Shown here piece by piece: positions 10,986-26,878 of a stretch of DNA of 64,000 bases. Source of the stretch: the human T2T-CHM13v2.0 reference genome, Homo sapiens. The position numbers and the translations under genes are program-made. Under the pieces are notes generated by a model. That model made no database searches. It worked only from the letters and a program-made list of their open reading frames with translations, and was not told the DNA's origin. Location: NCBI RefSeq assembly GCF_009914755.1, contig NC_060926.1, one strand, 5' to 3'. Position 1 is the stretch's first letter; each line of letters starts with the position of its first letter.

Positions 10986-13274
10986 AATCCTAAAGTCCCT
11001 ATCCTTCCTTAACACATGAGAAAGATTTTGGTTGTCATTGAAATGAACAGCTAAAATGAAAACTTGTTTCAAAGACCCTTACGTGTCTTAGGACTCCAGT
11101 TTGAGAAACATTTTTTTGGAAATTACCTAGTTCAGATCTCTATTTATCATGTTTTTCCTGTGTGATGCCCTTCATACAACTATTAACTTGGGGATATTTA
11201 GCTCTCAGAGTATCCTTCTCACTATATATAAATGCTTCTTCGTGCTAACTGCCTGCTAAGCATTTTTAAATATATTATTAGAAATGTTTATTAACTAATT
11301 GGCAGGGACTTTTTAAAATTATGCAGTTCTCAGCTAAATCCAAGAAATGAATGACAGATTTCTTATGTAGAAATTTAAATTCAACTGAATTATAAGGCAC
11401 AGTTCTATTTCTTTAGCCTTCACCTGTTTGGTTTAGTCTGGTACATTTGAACAGAGATAAATGTAGTTTCTAGTTCCTAAAACTACTCTCTAGAGATTGC
11501 ATAAGATTGGGTATAATTTAGCAACTCTTTTTAAATCAACAGGGTACTTTTACTTAGAAACCTTACCTCTTTTTAAATAGTGATATGCAAATTGGTTTCC
11601 TGAAACCAGCATTTATTTTCTTAATGATTCTTATTTAAGTACCCTGACTGCGAAATACAAAGCCATTTCACATAAATACAACTGTAATAGTTTTTCCTCA
11701 TGAGAAGTTTTACATTGCCTTGTTTATTGTGTTTTGTAAACAGGAAGCAGTTAATACCAGAATCATACTATCAGCAAATTATGGGTGACTGTCTCATAGC
11801 TCTTCAGCTCTTGGCTCTTATTTCAGTAGGCCAGCCTGTCTGGCTGCTGTTGTTTGTTGTTTGCTCTCCCTAGCCCCAGAATCTCAGATATAGCAGTTGT
11901 GAATCTCCAGCTAGTAGTCTAAGGGTAGTACATATGGGAATCTTGCTTTAGATCCAGAGGTATTTATTACTCAAAATTATTCAATCTGTGAGATTGTATT
12001 ATTCAGATCATGTAACTGCAGCATGGCTTGGGTTTGTAGTACTGTGAAATATCACGGGTTGTTTTTTTACAAAATAATAGATCTTTACTTTTTCAAAATT
12101 AGAATATTCCCTAATTTCTAGACCAAGAAGGCAGTTTGCTGTTTTTTTCCCATTGAAAGACAATAAGGATTTTAAGAAATTTCATGTTTCTCAATTATAA
12201 GAAATAATTTCAAAGATTTTAAAAATATTTCAGAAAATATTTAACCATACAAATTAAATATCTTTGTTTTAGAAATCTTAAATGTTGTATTAGTAAGATA
12301 GGTTAATTGTTTTTAATTCATCACCTATTTATTTAGTTTCTCTATCCTTTAGGTATTGTGTTAGATATTGGATATACAATAAAAAGATCTAATAACTGGC
12401 TTTGAGTTCACAATCCCAAAAGGGAGACAAAATAATTGTAACTTATAGCACATTGTAATAAAAAAACATAGGCCCAGGATTATTTTGAGAACAAGTAGAA
12501 TTTCAGATGGATAAATTCTTAGATGGACATAACCTAATTTCATTGGAGGCCGAAAAGATGAGCAGCTAAGGAAACAAAAAATGGCCCCTGAACATGAAGT
12601 AAGCGTTAGCCAACTCTTTTCTTTTGAATTGGGCAAATTCTAAAGTCATGTCTTTCAACTTCCTTGTTCAGCATTTTCTTCTCTCTTTTGTTTCTACTTT
12701 TGTAGAAAAGTTTAGAATTGATGCTTCATTATTACAAATTTATTGCATTATTTCATTTTTGTATTACTAAATTTTAAAATACATTTTATTTATATGAAAT
12801 TATATGACTTCTTTACTTATGTGAACTTTGGTTAATCTTATTTATGCTTCTGTGAATCTCTGCAGGAAAACAAGGTGTATATTTTGTTAGTTCCAGTAAT
12901 ACAATGGACTGATTATTTTTATTTTGTGTTTGAGTTTTAGAATGGATGGTAACAAAACCATGTTGGTCTTTTGACTTTGTTTTGTGGTGGCTGTTGCAAG
13001 TCTGGTATATTTGCCTTGCATTGGGGTTGTTCATATTAAATTGTAAATTTTGCAAAGGCCAACTAGGCTTCTATATTTTCCTTATTGTGTGTTCCTTCCT
13101 CTCCAGTCACCCCCATAGAAGGTTTAATAAATTGTTTTTTAAGACATTAATCTGTAATGCAGTTCATCTCATTTATCATTAACAGAAATCTGAAATTTAA
13201 AAGTATATCATTTTTTATACATGTTTAATTTGAGGTGACAGTGGGATATCCAAATGAAAACATCCAGTTAACAA

Positions 13275-13354
13275 GTGGACATTCAGATACCAAATTACTA
13301 AGATGAGAAAGATTGTGGACATTCAGATACCGGATTACTAAGATGAGAAAGATT
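13275..13354. repeat. 40-bp tandem duplication
   Basis: gtggacattcagatacc(aa/gg)attactaagatgagaaagatt x2. Confidence 0.95.
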
Positions 13355-13369
13355 GTACTTACTCTTCAC

Positions 13370-13950
13370 AGAGGAAGTCTTAGAATAAAAGTCAAATCCT
13401 ATCATCCTTCTGTTGTTAATCCTCCAGTGACTGCCTCAGTCACTGGGACTTAGTCCTTGCAATGACTTTTAAGACCTTACATGGTATAGCCTCCTATTAT
13501 CTCTCTGAACTCGTCACTTACTCCCCCATCCCCCAGGTTCTAGCCATGCTCACCTCTTTCATGTTTCTCAAAAAGCAGTTATGCTCCTGCTTTAAGGTCC
13601 TTCTACCTCCCCTTGCCAGAAGCACCCTTCTTCCATTTATCATTCTCTTGGCTGTCTCTCCCTTACCCCCTTCTTACCTTTGTTCATATCTCTCACTTTT
13701 TCAGTGAATCCTTTCCTAATTACCTTACTTGCTTCCCTTCCACTTCCACATACCTAAGCCTCTGTTTTTGCTTTATTTTTCTCCAGAGTAAGTATTATAA
13801 CTTACTTTTTAATTTTATGTGTTGTTGTCTCTGTCACAATAGAATGAAACTTAATGAGGACAGTTATTTTGTAAATTTTATTCACTGCTCTATCTCTAGT
13901 GCGTAGAACAGAGGTTGGCATATGGTAAGAGCTCAGTAAATATTTGCAGC
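13370..13950 (+). mobile_element. L2 3' end
   Basis: Pyrimidine-rich body ending gctcagtaaatatttg. Confidence 0.65.
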
Positions 13951-14577
13951 TAATTTAAATTGGTCTTCTCCCACACTGAGATCAATTTAAAGTTTTTTGG
14001 CTAGTATTTACCTTTTTGTCTAATATTTACCTTTGCTGAGTACATATTACCAAGGATTTTATTTTTAAAGTCTTTTCTTGAAGTTGAAACTAAAGTTAAC
14101 ATATATAATCTACATGCTTGTATATACAGATGATATATATAACATAATTTTATTTATATGTAGATCATATAGTAATATGCAATACATAATACATGGCATA
14201 TATAATCTATGAACACTTGATTGGACTGTCATTTAGTAATTCATTCACCAGATCCTATAATAGACTCACACAATAGGTGAGAGCAGATGCAAACTTTATA
14301 TATTATGTTTAGGAGATTGGATGTTGTCCTATGGGCATTGAGGATTTAGTGAAGGGTTTTAAGTAAGAGATTGACATGATTAGATATACACTTGGTAGCC
14401 TACTCTGGTGGGTCTGCAGAGGATAAACTTAAGGAGGACAAGACCGGAAACAGGGAGAAGCTATTTGGGAAGCTATTTTAGTAGTCCAGCAAAAGAGTTA
14501 AATGAGAACCTGAATTGAGATCTTGGTAAAGGAGAATATGAAGAAAGGATGGATTTTGGAAATATTTAAGAAGTAAT

Positions 14578-14986
<409 letters not shown>

Positions 14987-15094
14987 TTATAGAGAGACTT
15001 TGCCCAAGGACAGGCAGGTAGTGTTTAATCCAGGATTTAAACAAAGTTTTTCTGGCCCCAAAGCCCATGCTGGTTTTTTGTTTTGTTTTGTTTT

Positions 15095-15895
15095 TGCTTT
15101 TATTATTATTTTTAATTGTTGCATAATAATTGAACATATTTATAGGGTACAGTGTGATACTTTGATACATGTGTACAATGTGTGTGATCAAATCAGAGTA
15201 ATTAGCATGTCCCTCACGTCAATCATTTTTCATTTCTTCGCATTGGGAACATTCAAAATCTACTCTTTTTGCTATTCGAAAATAAATTGTTGTTAATTAT
15301 AGTTACCTACAATGCTATAGAACACTAGAACTAATTTCTCATATTTAGCTGTACTTTTGGATCTGTTAAACAACCTCTGGCTATCCTCTCCTCCTCACAT
15401 CCTTCCCAGCCTCTAGTAACCACTATTCTGCTATCTACTTCTATGAGATTAACTTCTTTAGTTTACACATGAGTGAGAATATGCAGTGTTTGTCCTGTGG
15501 CTGGCTTATTTCACCTAGCATGATGCCCTCCAAGTTTGTCCATGTTGCCATGAATAACAAGATTTCATTCTTTTTTGTGGCTGTCTGGTATATTTCACTG
15601 TGTATATATACCACATTTTCTTTACCCATATATCTGTTGATGGACACTTAGGTTGATTTCATATGTTGGCTTATTGTGAATACTGCCACATAAATATTGG
15701 AGTGCACATATCTCTTCAACATACTGATTTCATTTCCTTTGGACATATGCATATTTGTAGGATTGCTGTATCAGATATATAGTAGTTCTATTTTTAGTTT
15801 TTTGAAGAACCTCCATGCTCTTTTCCAAATGGCTACGCTAATTTACATTCCCACTAAAAATGTATACGAGTTCCCTTTTCTCTTCATTTCTTCCC
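15095..15895 (-). mobile_element. L1MA 3' end
   Basis: Antisense 3'UTR motifs catgagtgagaatatgcag...ggcttatttcac...ggacacttaggttgatt. Confidence 0.8.
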
Positions 15896-17448
15896 GGCAC
15901 GGAAGCCCATCCTTTTAACTACCATGTTGCAGTAGGCAAATCTAGTTGACTCCTTATCAGGGAAATGAGACCTTGAAAATGATACTTAAGCAGGGATGCT
16001 TTTGCTGCTGTTTATAGGACAGATTAGAAGTGAGAATGACTAGAATTGAGAAGCAAGATTAAAGGATCTTGCATTAATCTACAATTAGGTATTTGGTTCC
16101 AAATGAGGATTATAACTGTATCTGGGAATGAAGAAGGAAGAGACAATCTTGTTAAGGAAAAATTAGCAGGATCTGAATGCCAGTTAGAAATGAGTAAAAG
16201 AGAAGAATAAAAAATTGTAAAATTATGATCCTAAGAGTTGGAAATTTTCATAAATAGCACTTCTAATATGGAGAAATTGAAAATGTGCCTTTTTGGTTGC
16301 ATGAAATAATAAGTTCATGATTAAAATGTTAGGGATTATTTGTACACCAAAAAATATGACAGTCATTAATCTTCAGAAAAGGGCTAGAAGCAGAGTCAGT
16401 TTTAAGACTAGAGAAAAGGGTTTACTCAGACATACCAGTTAAAGCCATGTGAGAGATTCTCAGCATTCTTTATAATAAAGTTTTTCAGTATGGCTGCTAA
16501 CATACAGTGCTGTAGTTTAATAATTTAGAATTTAAGGAAAAGCTAAAGGTTCTCCCATTTAACAAGAATTTTCTTTCCTTTTATAAGGGTAGATGGAGTA
16601 AAAGAGAATGGTGAAGTGTGTTGTTTGGCACTAATAAAATCCAAAAGGTAGTGATGATTGTAAGACCAAGGATAGGATTCTGAGTTTCATTAGGGATTAT
16701 ATGGAGAATAATGGTTGATGAGGGACAGATCAGCAGGGATCTTTAAGTGCAGTTGCTAACTGGTGCAACATGTGAGAGACCTGGCTGGTGTGCTAGGCGG
16801 AATGACTTTGTGTTCTCTGGGATCTATACCAAGATCCTAACATAGACTAAACATTTGATCTTTGTTGCCTGACTACATAAACAAAAGGTTAGGAGTATAG
16901 AACTCACAGCGTACAATTCAAAATCTAAATCTAGTTTATCACTTTAACTTAATTATGTATGTACTATTTATCTTCCTATCAATATAAAATCCCAAACCTT
17001 ATGAGTGAAAGTTATTTTAAATTCTTTTGAAAAGCAGCTTCTAAATAATAAATGCAAAGAATAATTTCTCTGACTCCAGTTCAACATTCGGCTTCTACAT
17101 TTACACGTGAAAATGATTATTTTCTCTTTGGAAAAAAAAATCTCAGTATCTATTTAATTATTCTAACCATGTTTTCATCCTAATTGGTTGTAACAATTTC
17201 ACAAAGGATTATTAATTTTATTTTACAGATGTAGAAAAGAAAGTATAGAAACACTATCTGATGACCTCTGTACTTTTATGTAGATCTTCATGTTTTTATG
17301 ATGGCTGTAATTATCTATTCATTGATATAGCACAATTTTTAGAAATTTTCTAACAGAGGGGAGCTTCCCTACCTTTATTTGGTTGGAAAGGTCATAAGGG
17401 TAGATTTCTTACTGTTGTCCTTCCTGTTTAGGTGTGAAGTTTTTCAAC

Positions 17449-17537
17449 ATGAGTGGCCTCGGGGACAGTTCATCCGACCCTGCTAACCCAGACTCACATA
17501 AGAGGAAAGGATCGCCATGTGACACACTGGCATCAAG
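17449..17537 (+). CDS. NCOA1: NCOA1 first coding exon, MSGLGDSSSDPANPDSHKRKGSPCDTLAS; exon begins at 17432 with 17 nt of UTR
   Basis: Acceptor ttcctgtttag|17432; ATG at 17449 (caacATGa); donor AAG|GTAGGA. Peptide is the SRC-1 N-terminus. Not in the ORF track because it is short. Confidence 0.97.
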
Positions 17538-17619
17538 GTAGGAACACTCCTCTTAGTCTATTTTTGGCAGAGCTGCTTTATTACTTTCACTGCCACTTCA
17601 GAGCTTTTGTTTAATCTAC

Positions 17620-18050
17620 TCCAAGTTCAGTGGCTTTCTTTGAGTCTTTCATACTCACCATGTTGTCTTCCTTCCCCCAGGGTCTTTGCACATGTTTCTC
17701 CCTCAATCCAGCTTGCTTCCTCTTGATTTCCTTTAGTTAACACCTACTCATCCTTCAGATGCCAGCTTAGTCATTACATACTTAAAGAGAGCCTTCTCTT
17801 CCTTCCATAACTGTTAGATCAAGTTCCTCCATTCATGTATCTGTCTCAGATGTTTTTATAGCCATGATCCATAATTGCAGATTTTTACTAGTGTGATTAT
17901 TTCATGAATTTCTGGCTTCCCCGCTAGACTCTAAGCTGCCACTTGGTAAAGGACCTTGTTTGTTCTTGCTCATCATTGTATCCTTAGTTCCTAAAACAGT
18001 GTGTGGCTTATATATAGTAAGAACACAGTAAAGATTTGTCAAATGAATAT
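17620..18050 (+). mobile_element. L2 3' end
   Basis: cccagggtctttgcacatg...tactcatccttcag...ctagactctaagct. Confidence 0.65.
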
Positions 18051-18473
18051 ATAAATCTATTATACACCTTTAATTGCTATCTTAGAACATTATGGCATTA
18101 ATGGAGCTAAGAAATATCAGGATTTTAAAAAATGATTGTGTAGTTAAATATTTGGTTTGTTATAAGGAATATGACCACCTTGAACAGGCTAAAAGGAACC
18201 TAATGCTAAGGAGACCCTCACAAATGCCAGATAGAGAAGAAACCTCAAATGCCAGATAAATTTAAATATGCATAGTTATATTCAGTCCTATTAACTTTTG
18301 ATTAGTATTGCATTACATGAATATACCACATTTGAAAAATATGTTTTTCTGCAGATACATACCCTAGCTGCTCATTTAATATTAGGTTAAAAGAGCAGCT
18401 AGCTTCCTACCTGAGAGCAGCTTCCTAGAATGAGTGGAGATTTTATTCCACTCATCTTCTAGGATTTAGAGGA

Positions 18474-18690
18474 AAGTTTTTCAAACTCCACACTATTGAC
18501 ATTTCGTGTCAGATAATTTTTTGTTGTGGGGGAGCTGTCCTGTATTTTGTAGGATGTTTAGCAGTATCCCTGCTTCTACACACCAAATGTCAGTAGCATC
18601 TTAGTTGTGACAACCAAAAATGTCTCCAAACATTGCCAAATGTCCCCTGGGGCCAGGGGAAACAAAATCACCTCTAGTTGATAATCACTG
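18474..18690. mobile_element. MER20 (hAT-Charlie)
   Basis: cactattgacattt...ctgtcctgt...taggatgtttagcag...gttgtgacaaccaaaaatgtctcca.acattgccaaatgtcccctgggg. Confidence 0.88.
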
Positions 18691-19299
18691 ATCTAGAGAG
18701 TAAAGCTACAGAAGACTCTTCTGTCCTTGGATTACATGCTGCTTTCTCTCATGGGAGGAAAAAAAGGAGGATTTTAACAGGAGAATGCCAGGGCTCCAGG
18801 CTCGAGAAAGAAAAGTGACTATTTATCTTACTCAGCTCAGAGAGCTGTCAGAGAGAGACAATAACCTGAGTACTCATAATCACAAGTAAGTGTCCAGATG
18901 CTGGGAGGAAGGTTGAGATCAAGATGCAATCTAGAAGTGTGTCAAAAATTAATGCTCTTGTTTTATCTGTGTATAAAATCAGTCCTTAAAGGAAAAGCTA
19001 AGAATAAATATCTTTTACATTTAATTTTTTGTTTGAGGAAATTTTTTAAATATATAAAAGAATATAGGCGAAGACACTATATCATACAACAGAATGTAAT
19101 TGATAATATTTTATCATATTATTATTTTGTTAATATGTTATCATATTTGCATAATCCTGTTTAAAAGTAATACAATATTAACAATTGATTTGTCTGCAGT
19201 ATTTTAATCTATTTTTAATAATTATGTGTGTATTTTATATATATACACACACAGGTATCTGAGCAATATAGAATATTACATTTACATAATTTATGTAAT

Positions 19300-20650
<1,351 letters not shown>

Positions 20651-21555
20651 ATGCTCTGATGTTTTTGTGTATATAGCATCATTACAAATATAAAAGTTTC
20701 ATATCTTTTTTCTCTTCTTTAGATATCTTAAAGATAATTATATTCACATTTGCTTTAAAAATATTTGAAAGTACCATCTCCTTGAGGTTTATAACTGAAA
20801 TATGGGCTTCAGCTTTAACAAAACAATGTATTTGATATGGTAAACTAAAAATGTATAATTTTGAAACTGAGTTTATGTATGAATGCCACCTTGTAATGTT
20901 TCTGTCTCCCCAAACAGAATTGAATTCTTTAATCATAAAGAGCATCTGTTAGACATCAGGGTATTGCCAGCATTGTGCACAGATCCTTGGATAGGAGTTT
21001 CTCAGCAACTGTTTGGTGGAGTGAGATATCTCATATCTTCCTCCTGTTACCTCTTCTCCATTCATTCATTCTTCTAGGAGAATGAGGATTAAAACGTTAA
21101 TCTCAAAAGTATAGGTAGCTGTGTTTATGCTTGTTGAATATTTCCAATTCAACTCAAGTACATGTTAAGTGCGTACTCTTCAGCCAGCACCATTTGCATG
21201 ATGTTTTAAGGATACAAGTGAAATGTGAGACATGTTTCTGTCTTTAGGGAGCTTACAAATCTGGTCATGGCACTCATTCTGCTTCTTAAATTTCTGGGCT
21301 CCCCATGTCCCTGAAAATAAATAATCATAATCAAAATGATGATAATAGATAACATTTACTGAGCTAAAAGTATATACCAGGAACTCTGCCAAGCATTTTA
21401 CATGTATTCTCTTTTTTAATATAAAACCCTGGAAAGTAATGTCATTATCCTAGTTTTACAGATAAGGAAATCGAAGCTTAGAAAAGTTAACTTTCCACTA
21501 AGTGACTTGCCTAGGGTTGCATGGCTAGTAAATGACAGGAAGTTTGGGCCTGTGC

Positions 21556-21865
21556 ATTTTTTTTTTTTTCTGTTAAGGGACAGGATCTCATTCTATTGCC
21601 CAGGCTGGAGTGGAGCAGCACAGTCATAACTCACTGCAGCCTCCAACTCTTGGGCTCAAGCAATCCTCCCCACTCAGCCTCCTGAGTAACTAGGACTACA
21701 GGCGCACACCATCACGCCTGGCTAATTTTTTTTTCTTTTTTTTTTTTTTAGAGACAGGGTCTTGTTGTGTTACCCAGGCTGGTCTTGAACTCCTAGCCTC
21801 AAGCAATCCTCCTGCCTCTGTCTCCCAAAGTTCTGGGATTACAGATGCGAGCTGCTGTATCCAGC
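21556..21865 (-). mobile_element. AluJ inside a MIR
   Basis: Diverged dimer; TSD cctgtgc. Confidence 0.9.
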
Positions 21866-23200
21866 TGAACCTGTGCTTTTAAGCAGTATACCATGCATTT
21901 TATCATGGCAAGATCCCTGTGATCTGATCTGGACCACATCTCTTGCCCTTTTGTTTCTTATCTATAGTTTAGCTATACTGAACTACTTATAGATTCGTTA
22001 ACTTGGTATCTTCACTCTTACTTTATACCTTTGAAAAAGCTGTTTTTTTCTTTCAGGAAGCCAGCCTCTCCCTACCACTGAGTTCATGTATCTTGTTCTC
22101 TAGGTCTAGATGTACTTCTATAGTATTCTAGTCTTGCTGCATAGTATTGTAATGGCCTGTTTTCTTCATTTTCTGACTAATTGAGAGCTACATCTAATTT
22201 ATTCTTGGATCCTCTAGACACAGTAGTACATGGTTATCTGGCATATAATAAGTATAGGAGTATTTGTTGAGTTAGCTAGTTTGTTGAAGGAAAAAAGGCA
22301 TGCACCTGAGAAATTAACTCAGAATAGCATTAGCTAGAAGGTCTGCAATATGAATGGTAATAAAAGGGATTCGTAAAGAGAGAAATATAGTTGACCCGGA
22401 GTAATAAAGGAAGACTTCTTTTCCATTAAGGTAGAATTTTTTTGCCATCTCCAGTTTTGACTTTGAACATATCTGCCCTCATTTTATCTCCTTGCTTATT
22501 GGTTACTTCATTTCATGGTGATTTTTCCTAGTCTCAATCTCTAGTCATTTTATAGACACCTTGCCAGTTCATTACTTTTAGCTTCTTGCTTTCTCTATCC
22601 CCTCTCTGTCTGCGTGTCCTGCCTGTTCTATCACTTTTTTCTTTTCCTCTATACTGTCTTCAAGTTCTTTGGTTTTACACAAAACTTACCATCAAAAACA
22701 TATTTGAGAGTTCCACGAAGAGAGTCCAGTTTACTCGTGTTGCAGTTTAGATCCATGGATTTAAATAGATCAGAACTTTAGACTGAATCTACTACATATA
22801 TCTTATATCAATTAGTTTCTCTAAGGTAAAAGTAGATGTCTTCAAACACTGTGAGGTTGCAGAGCTGAGGTTCCCTAAAACCTTGTATGTATCAAAATGT
22901 ATGTTACTCATTTTATTCATGCCTTGGTATGTAATTTGTCAAAATATCTTGCTGCATTTTCTTGTTGTGGGAGTTATAAAATACAATTTTAATAACTACA
23001 ATTGGGAAAACTCATCAATAATGAAAGACTTAAAAGACAAACGTGATCGTCACAGTTTTAAAATTTGGTTTTGTTTTGGTATTTGTAATATTTTGTTTTG
23101 TGTAGGTAAATACATTTGATTAGTTGATTCTTTTCAACTTACTATATTGTTTTGTGCTATTGTTTTTATAGTCTTTAATATTATTAAGAAAAGTAAATGG

Positions 23201-23661
<461 letters not shown>

Positions 23662-24520
23662 TTAGTTTGATGAAAACAAAATTTCAAAGTCATACTTAAC
23701 TGTCTTTATATGTATTACAAAACAAGTTGTCTGATGACTTGGCTAAATAAACCAGGGCTAAAGACTGGAAGGCAAAAATGAATCATAGTCATTCAGTACA
23801 TTTGGTATATTTTTTTAAAAAGGTGCTACCTGTATGCACCTTGTTCTCATTATTTTGCTTTAAGATAAATTGTTTGATTTTGTTTATTGCATTTATAGGA
23901 ACTTACAAATCATTTTTTTTTCTGTCTTTTTAGGACACAGCTGTATACAGAATACATTGTTCACTGTACCTTCGTCTCTAATTATTATTATCCTTATTTT
24001 GCCTTTGAATGGATACTTTTTTGATGAGGATCAACTAATGGTTTAATCATAAGAATTAAGAGTTTATCAGAGTTATTGGATTTCTAATTATAACTTGTGA
24101 ATTCTATTATCGTATTCTCTGCTTAATTTGTAACAGTTATTTGAAAATTCAGATTTTTCTATTTCAAGAAGTTATTCATAATATAAAGTAGTTCCAAATG
24201 TAACTGCTGTGTTTATTACTTGTTTGCTTTTACTATCTAGTAATTGTTATTTGAAAATATTCAAGATGTATATATGATTGGGGAAATACATCTGTTATAG
24301 CAGTCAATTTACTTTATATATTTTAGCCAGAATTGTTTTCTAAATTTTGGTATTTTGTAATGTCCACTTTTTAGATGTGAATTTATATCACTTTCTAAAT
24401 CTGGTTTTATATTTTCGATAAAAATAAAGATCTCACTAAATGTGTAAGCATAGATACTTGATCAGAGAAGGAAATATGGTGATACAAATGTACACTAACT
24501 GGATTTTCTTTGTGTAACAG

Positions 24521-24687
24521 CACGGAAAAGAGGCGCAGGGAGCAAGAAAATAAATATTTAGAAGAACTAGCTGAGTTACTGTCTGCCAACATTAGTGACA
24601 TTGACAGCTTGAGTGTAAAACCAGACAAATGCAAGATTTTGAAGAAAACAGTCGATCAGATACAGCTAATGAAGAGAATGGAACAAG
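24521..24687 (+). CDS. NCOA1: NCOA1 coding exon 2, bHLH domain ([21 protein letters not shown]...KRMEQ)
   Basis: Branch-like cactaac at 24493-24499; acceptor taacag|; donor AAG|GTAAAA; 167 nt; phase fits both neighbours. Confidence 0.98.
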
Positions 24688-24750
24688 GTAAAAAAGAAAA
24701 AGAAAACCCATGGCTGTGTGCTTTGTTATTAAGACATTTATAATATGTGA

Positions 24751-25085
<335 letters not shown>

Positions 25086-25367
25086 TACTTTTTTATTATT
25101 AAAAAATTATATTGAACATTATAATTTTATAAAGAAATGTCTTTGTTAAGATGCTGTTTATTTTAGAAAGTGAACCTGAGAATCTTCTTGTTATAACAAA
25201 GTGTCTTATTAAGTTAACTCAAAAACTGGTTGCTTTAGGAGATTATGGGACTCAGTATCATAGGGGATTGAGTCAGAAGACACAAGTTGTGGAGTTGGAC
25301 CTGAGGCCCTAGCATAGAGTTCTTTAGGACAGTAACTCCATGAAGAGAAAAATCTCCACTTATATGA

Positions 25368-25716
<349 letters not shown>

Positions 25717-26454
25717 TGAAGAAACAATCCCACAAGCTGGCCCCATGGGAGTGCCACAGAAAAAGTGCTTCTGAGGGTGATTTTACACTGCAAAGTTATT
25801 TAACATATGAGGAAATAATCTAGAGTAACAGCACAAATAACAAACAGAAGGACTAACCCCAAAGAACTTCAGATTATTAGCATTAAAGTTTTATAATTTT
25901 AAGATTTTAGAAGCTGGAAAACAGATAGTCTAGTGACAACTGATTTAGCAAACAGGAGAAACCGTACTGTAAAACTGCAGAGAGGAGCACTAGCAAGAGG
26001 CTCTCTGCCCCTTCCCTGCTTGGTCTCGAAACACTAACAGCCTGGCTCCTACTCCCTAAATTGGGGGTGGCAGTATACCTCTGGGTAAACTGAGCAGTCG
26101 GAAGATGAAGTCATGTGGGGGTGATCCTCAAATGAAAAAATTCATTCCTTATCTTGCCCCCACTCCTCACCTAACTGCCAGTCAACTATTTAATGTGAAC
26201 AAAAAGCCAGGTATTGGGGGAAAGCCTGTAATATAAAAGAGAGCAAACCAAGCAAACAAACAGAAAAAAGGGAACTCAGAGGAAGCAGAAACAGTGCAGG
26301 GAACTGAAGAAAACTTAAAAAGATACCAGTCCCTGGGAGACATGAGGGAAGGTATTTCATCAAAAGATGAGAATAAGTCCTATAAAATGAAATATTCAAA
26401 AGAAGAAATAGCTTTTGGAACTTAGAAACAGGATAGCTGGAAAAAATTTTACTT

Positions 26455-26878
26455 CTTTACCTTTGTTTCCTCACACTCTCTGCCCTGACCAGTGGCAGGC
26501 ACACTCTGCCCCTGCTATTTACAGTTGCTGTTCCTTCTGTCTGGAATGCTCTGTCTCTAGATATCCACATGCTTTATTCACCTCTTTCATGTCTTTGCTC
26601 AAATACGTCTTCTGAGTAAAGTTGTTCCTAACTAACCTATTTGAAATATTTTTAAAAACAGAAAAAAAAATCTATGCATCTTTTTATACCTTCCTTATTT
26701 TCCCCACAGTACTTTTTACATCTGACATATGACATACTTTATATATTATTTGCCTGCCCCCACTAGAGTTCCACGAGGGCAAGCGATTTTGTTTGTTCAC
26801 GACTATATCCTCAGTACCTAAAACAGCACTTGGCTACATAGTAGGCTTTCAATGCATATTTGTTGAATGACTGGATGA
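26455..26878 (+). mobile_element. L2 3' end
   Basis: ttccacgagggcaag...gtaggctttcaatgcatatttgttgaatga. Confidence 0.65.
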
